This document shows, in pieces, positions 58,671-64,000 of a DNA stretch of 64,000 nt. Every line of letters begins with the position of its first letter. Within the stretch, counting starts at the first letter, position 1. Source of the stretch: Eutreptiella sp. 'Long Island Sound 2002'. Lineage: Eukaryota > Protista > Euglenida. Under the pieces are notes generated by a model. The model was not told where the DNA came from. It saw only the letters and a list, made by a program, of their open reading frames with translations, and ran no database searches. The stretch is from positions 2,604,001 to 2,668,000 of the forward strand of contig OZ038379.1 of assembly GCA_964036045.1 (NCBI GenBank), in the 5' to 3' direction. Position numbers and translations under genes: made by a program.

Positions 58671-61556
58671 TGATGGGGTTCACTTGCAAGATGATTTCAC
58701 TTTGTCAAGAGCCATCAATGTGTGAATCATTCTTGATGTCCCTCACCAGTCATAGCTGATGTTCCCTCCCCCACCAGCTTGGTCCCAATATTCAGTCTTG
58801 ATTAGGCGCAGCTTCCCCCTCCCTCTGTCGGACACCTTCAAAAGGAGCAATCGTTTTTGCTGCGGATGCTATTTTGCAGTATTTTTTTTTTCAACCACGG
58901 ATTCCCAGCTTGGTGGTTCTATGAATCCTTCCACTCGGTGGATGTTGCTGCTGGATGTCATGTATGTTGCTTCGCTTCCAGTTCTTGGCACATAGTTAGT
59001 CTCAGTGCCGCAAAATGCTCTGCGTCGCACTGCGTGGTATTGTGAATTTTCTGGTGGACACCTTGCTAAGGTCCTCAATTGCGGGCCAACGGTGAAATTC
59101 GTCGTTGAAGCTTCTCCATGGTCAGATGGTCGAATGGAAGTGAATGGTGCAATGGTTTGGGACCCCAATGAAAGGGAACGAAAAGTACTGCTTGCCAAAT
59201 GAAAGGTATTTATTCCTCACAAAAGATATTTTTTCACAAAAGGTGTTTACTCCTTCACGAAAGGTAGTGAGCCCCTCACGAAAGGTACAGCCTCAGAATG
59301 CAACTCTGTTCTGCGGACTCACCATGTCGCCCATTCAATGATCTACGACACGGTACAAACGCAGTCACATTCGTAGTTGCCCCGTGAGGGCAATGGAAGC
59401 TCACACGCACAATCACCAAGAATCAACCCACAAAACTGGACTGCAAGGTCACGCCAGCAAGGAGAGTTCTCATTTTTGATTTGGGCTTTCGGCGCTCGGC
59501 CTGCTTTTTGTGCGGCACCCTCGGCATTTTTCCCAGCCATTTTTTCGAATTCTTTGCGCGACAGGTTCGACATTACCACGATTGCAAGCCGGTCGAAACG
59601 TGTTCACCATGACCATTTCTTTGTCAACGCGATCCAAGAGATTAGGGATTTAGTGCCTTCACCGTGGAGGTGTGTTGCTGATCTTGCGAGGTCGAAGAAG
59701 TACCCTGATTTATGCAGAAATCCTGCTGCATTTCTGGATCGGGATATACGTTTCTGGATCTACATCCCTCTCCTGAACGCCACGCGGCTCCAACGGGTTT
59801 CCTGTTTGCTCCGGGGAGAACCCTCACTGGGCCCGATTTAAGAATTTTTTTTGTTCTTCAAAACCGGGTCAACACGGACTCGAAGTGGCTCGTGTACATC
59901 TGCTGAAGCGTCCCAAGTGAAGTTCAATTATTTTTCGAAAATGACATTCTGCCTGTTTTTGAGGCATTGTTGGTTCCAAAATGGTTTCTTTTCACGCCGT
60001 TCTAGGAAGTTGAAATGGGCTCAAAAATGCTTGTTTGGGCATCCCGAATGGGTTGGGAGCTTTTTCAGAGAAGCACATTTTGACCCATTGTTACCCCATT
60101 TTGACCTCAAAATATCCGTGTTCAACACGGCGGTTGGAGAACGACTGGAGAATGCACAAACCTTCTGGACCGAGCACCCCCTGTCAGTTTTGCCGGCACG
60201 TTTTCAAATTGCAGCGTCTTGCAAGTGTTTTGGGTTTAGGGGTGTTGTTCATCTGCTCTGGGTGCACCGACCGGCGGCTGACAAGTCGCATTGCTTCTCC
60301 TGGGACAGGCAACGTGTGGTGCTTTTTCCAAATGGTGGGAAAGAAGATGGGTCTGTTTTTTTCCCGTTTTTGGGACCAAGAGTTGTCGTGTGTTGCGGTC
60401 TTGTGCATGAGCAATCGGAACTGAATTCTTCTTGTGATTGCATATCGGCGAAGGGGTGATTCGGAGCTCACTCCACGGGGAGAGCATGCAGAAGCAGCAG
60501 GGTCACTATGGAGCACATCGAGTGTTTTTGTGCATGGTGCTTCCTGGATTTCTGGATCCTCTTTCTCAAAGGGTTTCGGTGAACGTCATGACCTCGACGC
60601 TATTCGCTCATCAAGCGGCAACACTGCGGCGCAGTGCCAGCACAATGTATCCCAATGCCACTCTACATTTGAACGACAAAGAGACCGACACTTTTCACGC
60701 CTTTGTGACTGCAGATATTTTGGTATATTTTTCCATGCTCTGTCTGTCTGTGTCTCTCTGGTGGCCTCGGTGTGCTCCGTGTTTTGCTTGTCCATCGATG
60801 TCGATGTCTATGTGCGAGTCTTTCTGTGTGTTGTGGCTTACGCAGCTGCCCTTGTTGCTGCAGCATGCAGCCCTTTGGGTACAGACACCTCACCCGGAAC
60901 CCATCAGCTGGGGGATCAGAAACAGCCGGAGGAACAAAGCAGAGATTGAACCAACAGTGTGTTTGGGGGGGGGGGGGGGGGCTCAGAAAGATGGATGTCG
61001 ATCAAGCCTATCAAGGATGCCGTGCGCCAGGGCAGCAAACTGTCACACCAAAGTATTCTGTCACTCTTGATCGAAGCAGCAACAAGCCATGTACCGATGG
61101 TAGTCGCGCCCCTGTTTGCTCAACAGGTTTTGGATTGGAGCAGATTTTCGCATTTGGCAGGATTGTGGTCGAGAGGGATCAAGATTGCATCAGGTGTGCC
61201 CCCCGGTTTTGAATGGAATTCTGGTGGAAGGATTTTGTCGCAGGGCTTGTGTTACAGAGGGCATTCCCATGTTCCGCATCGAGACGCAACCACAGGCAAT
61301 GCAGAACACACCCCGTCTGCATCTGTCATTTGCTGAGGGCAGGTGTTGAAGTGGCTTGGCAAACCCCAAATATTCAAACACTGAATGTGGTTTTCTCATT
61401 GAGCTGCTCTGGTTGGTGAACAGCTTGTAAACAGCACCAGGATGCGACGTCTATTCTGTCGCCGGGGACCCGTCGTTGCAGATCCGCTTTTCGTGAAGCC
61501 CAGGCAGCGAAGCAAAGGCTGGGGCCAGGCTGCACGAAAAAGGAAGTATTTTTCAA

Positions 61557-61645
61557 GGCCCCCCGTGTTTTTGGTTCGTGGCTCCCCCGTGTTTTGGGAT
61601 CGTGGCTCCCCCGTGTTTTGGGATCGTGGGTACCCCGTGTTTTCG
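61557..61645. repeat. 24-bp tandem repeat, about 4 copies (CCCCCGTGTTTTGGGATCGTGGCT)
   Basis: Directly visible. Confidence 0.9.
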
Positions 61646-64000
61646 GGGCGGCGGGGAGTTTGGGTTAATGTGGGTAGGTCCAATCCAAGAGCATCCCCCC
61701 CTCCCCCCTCCATGATCTGCCAAGGGTGGATGAGTGGGTGGGTTTGGCTCCCCCAGCCCTTGTTTGGAACCACCACTTCGAGGTTGGTGAACACCACAAG
61801 TGGGCAGCCTGCTTTGTTGCTTTTACATGGACAAACGCGACAGCAGCCTGGACAGCAGCGGTGTGCATGCGAACACCAGGTGCAATGCAAAGAGCAGCAA
61901 GCGTTGAGTTTGGGTGTTCAGCCCATTTTTTGCAATACAGCCGGATTCTTGCGTCATGAGCAGTGGTGGTGTAGCGGTGGGGCAGTATAGCAGCAGCAGC
62001 AGCAGCAGCAGTAGCAGGAGCGGCACGCAGAAAGCCTCAGAGCTTTTCGACGGTACCCCTACCCCTACCCAGGTCCCAAACAGAGATACCATTGCCAGCA
62101 GGAAGAACCATCTGCTGCGATTTAAACATCAACGGAACCTGCCAACTCCAAAAGACAGCGCGATGCAGCCTGCCACTCCAGCCAAGACCCCATCACCATC
62201 GGCTGTCCCAGTGAATCCCCAACGCAGTCGTCCAGTCCAATAAGCGCCTCAACTTTTCTTCCCCCTCCAGCAGCACCCACAACCCCTGCAGCAGCACTCA
62301 GGATTCTTGGTGTTCTTAGTGCATAAGGCTGCCAAAGCAGCAGCCAAGAAGGATTGGGGGGTTGCATCAGTTTGGGTGCTTGGATAGCCCCCCCCCCCTT
62401 TTCTGAGAAATGCAAGCTGGCGGGGGTGATGTAGAGAAATGAACCAACAAAATGCGTGCGGGAATCCTTCGGGAAGGTTGGATATTGGGCATTCGGAGCC
62501 GAGGGTCACACATTGATTCAAGTCATGCACAACCCCATTCAACGGCTTTCCCACCATCGTACACATCATGTGGCATGCGCTCTTTCGTATGCGCAGAGTT
62601 TCGTTATGCCACCGACTGCGATGCGCTGTGGGTCGCAGCGACGGAGAACGGCCACGTCGACAAAGAGGGTTTCCGAACAGCTTGGCAGGAGTGGACATCC
62701 AAGACGCCTGAATAGGGCACTCTGTGTGAGAACGTCTCGGCAGGAGTACGGTGGTTGGCGCCAGAACCATCCTGGGCAAGTTCATTTTACTGGGGTTGAT
62801 TTTGCACACAGGCGGGGGGGGGGTTACGTGTCGGACCGGACCCCAACCCCCTCCCCTCAGGACCCCCCTACTCGCACCAACGGTGAACCATGAGAAACAA
62901 CTAACTTGAGGCCGCGGGGCCCAGAAAATGTTTTTGGTTTCTGTGGACTGGGACGCAGAGCATTTTGAATGTACACAAATCGGGGTGTAACATCTCATTT
63001 TACCATTCCCCACAAATGGGGGAGGGGAATTTCCGAATGAAACAGGGAATTCGAAAATGCCTCCAAAACCAGAAAAAAATTTGACTTCCTTCCCTGCCCA
63101 CACCGTGGCTGGAACTGAACTGGACAGCGCCCCATGGGGCCGCAGGTTTCAGATTTTTTTCGTTTGCTTTCACATGGTGTGTCCTTTGCCCCCCTTTGTA
63201 GCCCTGATCACTAGTCAAGTTTTTTTTCTAGCTACCTCTTCGCCCAGGGTTTGACTCCGGTTGGCATGTTGCAACGACAGTTGAGACGAACTGGGTGTAA
63301 TTGTCACCAGTCGGCAATCACTTGGCATGATTGGTCGAGGGCAGTTGCTGGCCAGTCACTGCTTTCTTGAGGCTGTGGTGTAGCCGGAGTCTGCCCAGTA
63401 CTTCACTTTCCACTCAAGACCACTATGTGATGATCCCCACCCTGAACCCACGTTTCCACGTGTCACCAATTTGGGAACACCCAAAACACAGGGCAGATGG
63501 ACATTGGGGGGGTTGGTTTGGTGCATGCTATGCACAGGGCAGGGAAGGGTTGGAGCCACGCAGTGGCGAGGGTAGTGCATGACAGACAATCGGCGGGCAT
63601 AGAGAGCAATCGATTGTGGTTGCAGCTCTGCAACCAGGTGGATTTGAGGTCATTTTGTGGCCTGAGGGGAAGGGAACCCTGACCCATATTTTGACCCACA
63701 CGCTGACCTTCATTTTGACCCATAAAATCATCAGCTCCTGACCTGCACACTGTGCCATACCAATGCCCATACCCAGATCCACCCTGACCCATATCTGACT
63801 CGCAATTCTGACCATAATCCGCAGTTGAACATGTGTTTCATGTCGATCAGAAATCCTCAGTAGTCCATTATAATATGCCCCGAGATCTTAATGATGATCC
63901 CTGAGGCTGAGGCTGAGAAAGGCTGGAGCTGGTGTAAGTGGTCAATTTCTCTGCCATTTTCTCAACAGTTGTAGCTTGCTTTTTCTTCTTGATTGAAGTT

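Overview
Eukaryotic, intron-rich, repeat-dense genomic DNA from a flagellated organism. It is tentatively euglenozoan/euglenid-like, which is an inference from element types and sequence style and is not proven. The only gene that can be named confidently is IFT56 (TTC26/DYF-13), on the minus strand: 11 exons between 35865 and 52070, all introns GT-AG, about 555 aa. A second, orphan, multi-exon minus-strand gene can be assembled from phase-compatible exons between 2290 and 12222; its 5' end is unresolved. The rest is a layered transposon landscape: (i) an apparently intact hAT transposon with a CGGBP1-type zinc-finger transposase in IFT56 intron 8; (ii) hAT MITEs with 8-bp TSDs; (iii) three related PIF/Harbinger-type shells with 3-bp TSDs and different contents, namely a decayed tyrosine-recombinase (YR) retrotransposon with YR upstream of RT-RNase H (VIPER/TATE-like order), a DIRS-type NPPF adenine-methyltransferase fragment, and their own transposase fragments; (iv) a truncated non-LTR retrotransposon with RNase H; (v) minisatellites and microsatellites. 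Several coding-like but unassignable stretches remain, one with ADP-ribosyltransferase-like motifs. No rRNA, complete tRNA, spliced-leader RNA or CRISPR array was seen. Most ORFs in the supplied track are artefacts of GC-rich or repetitive DNA.
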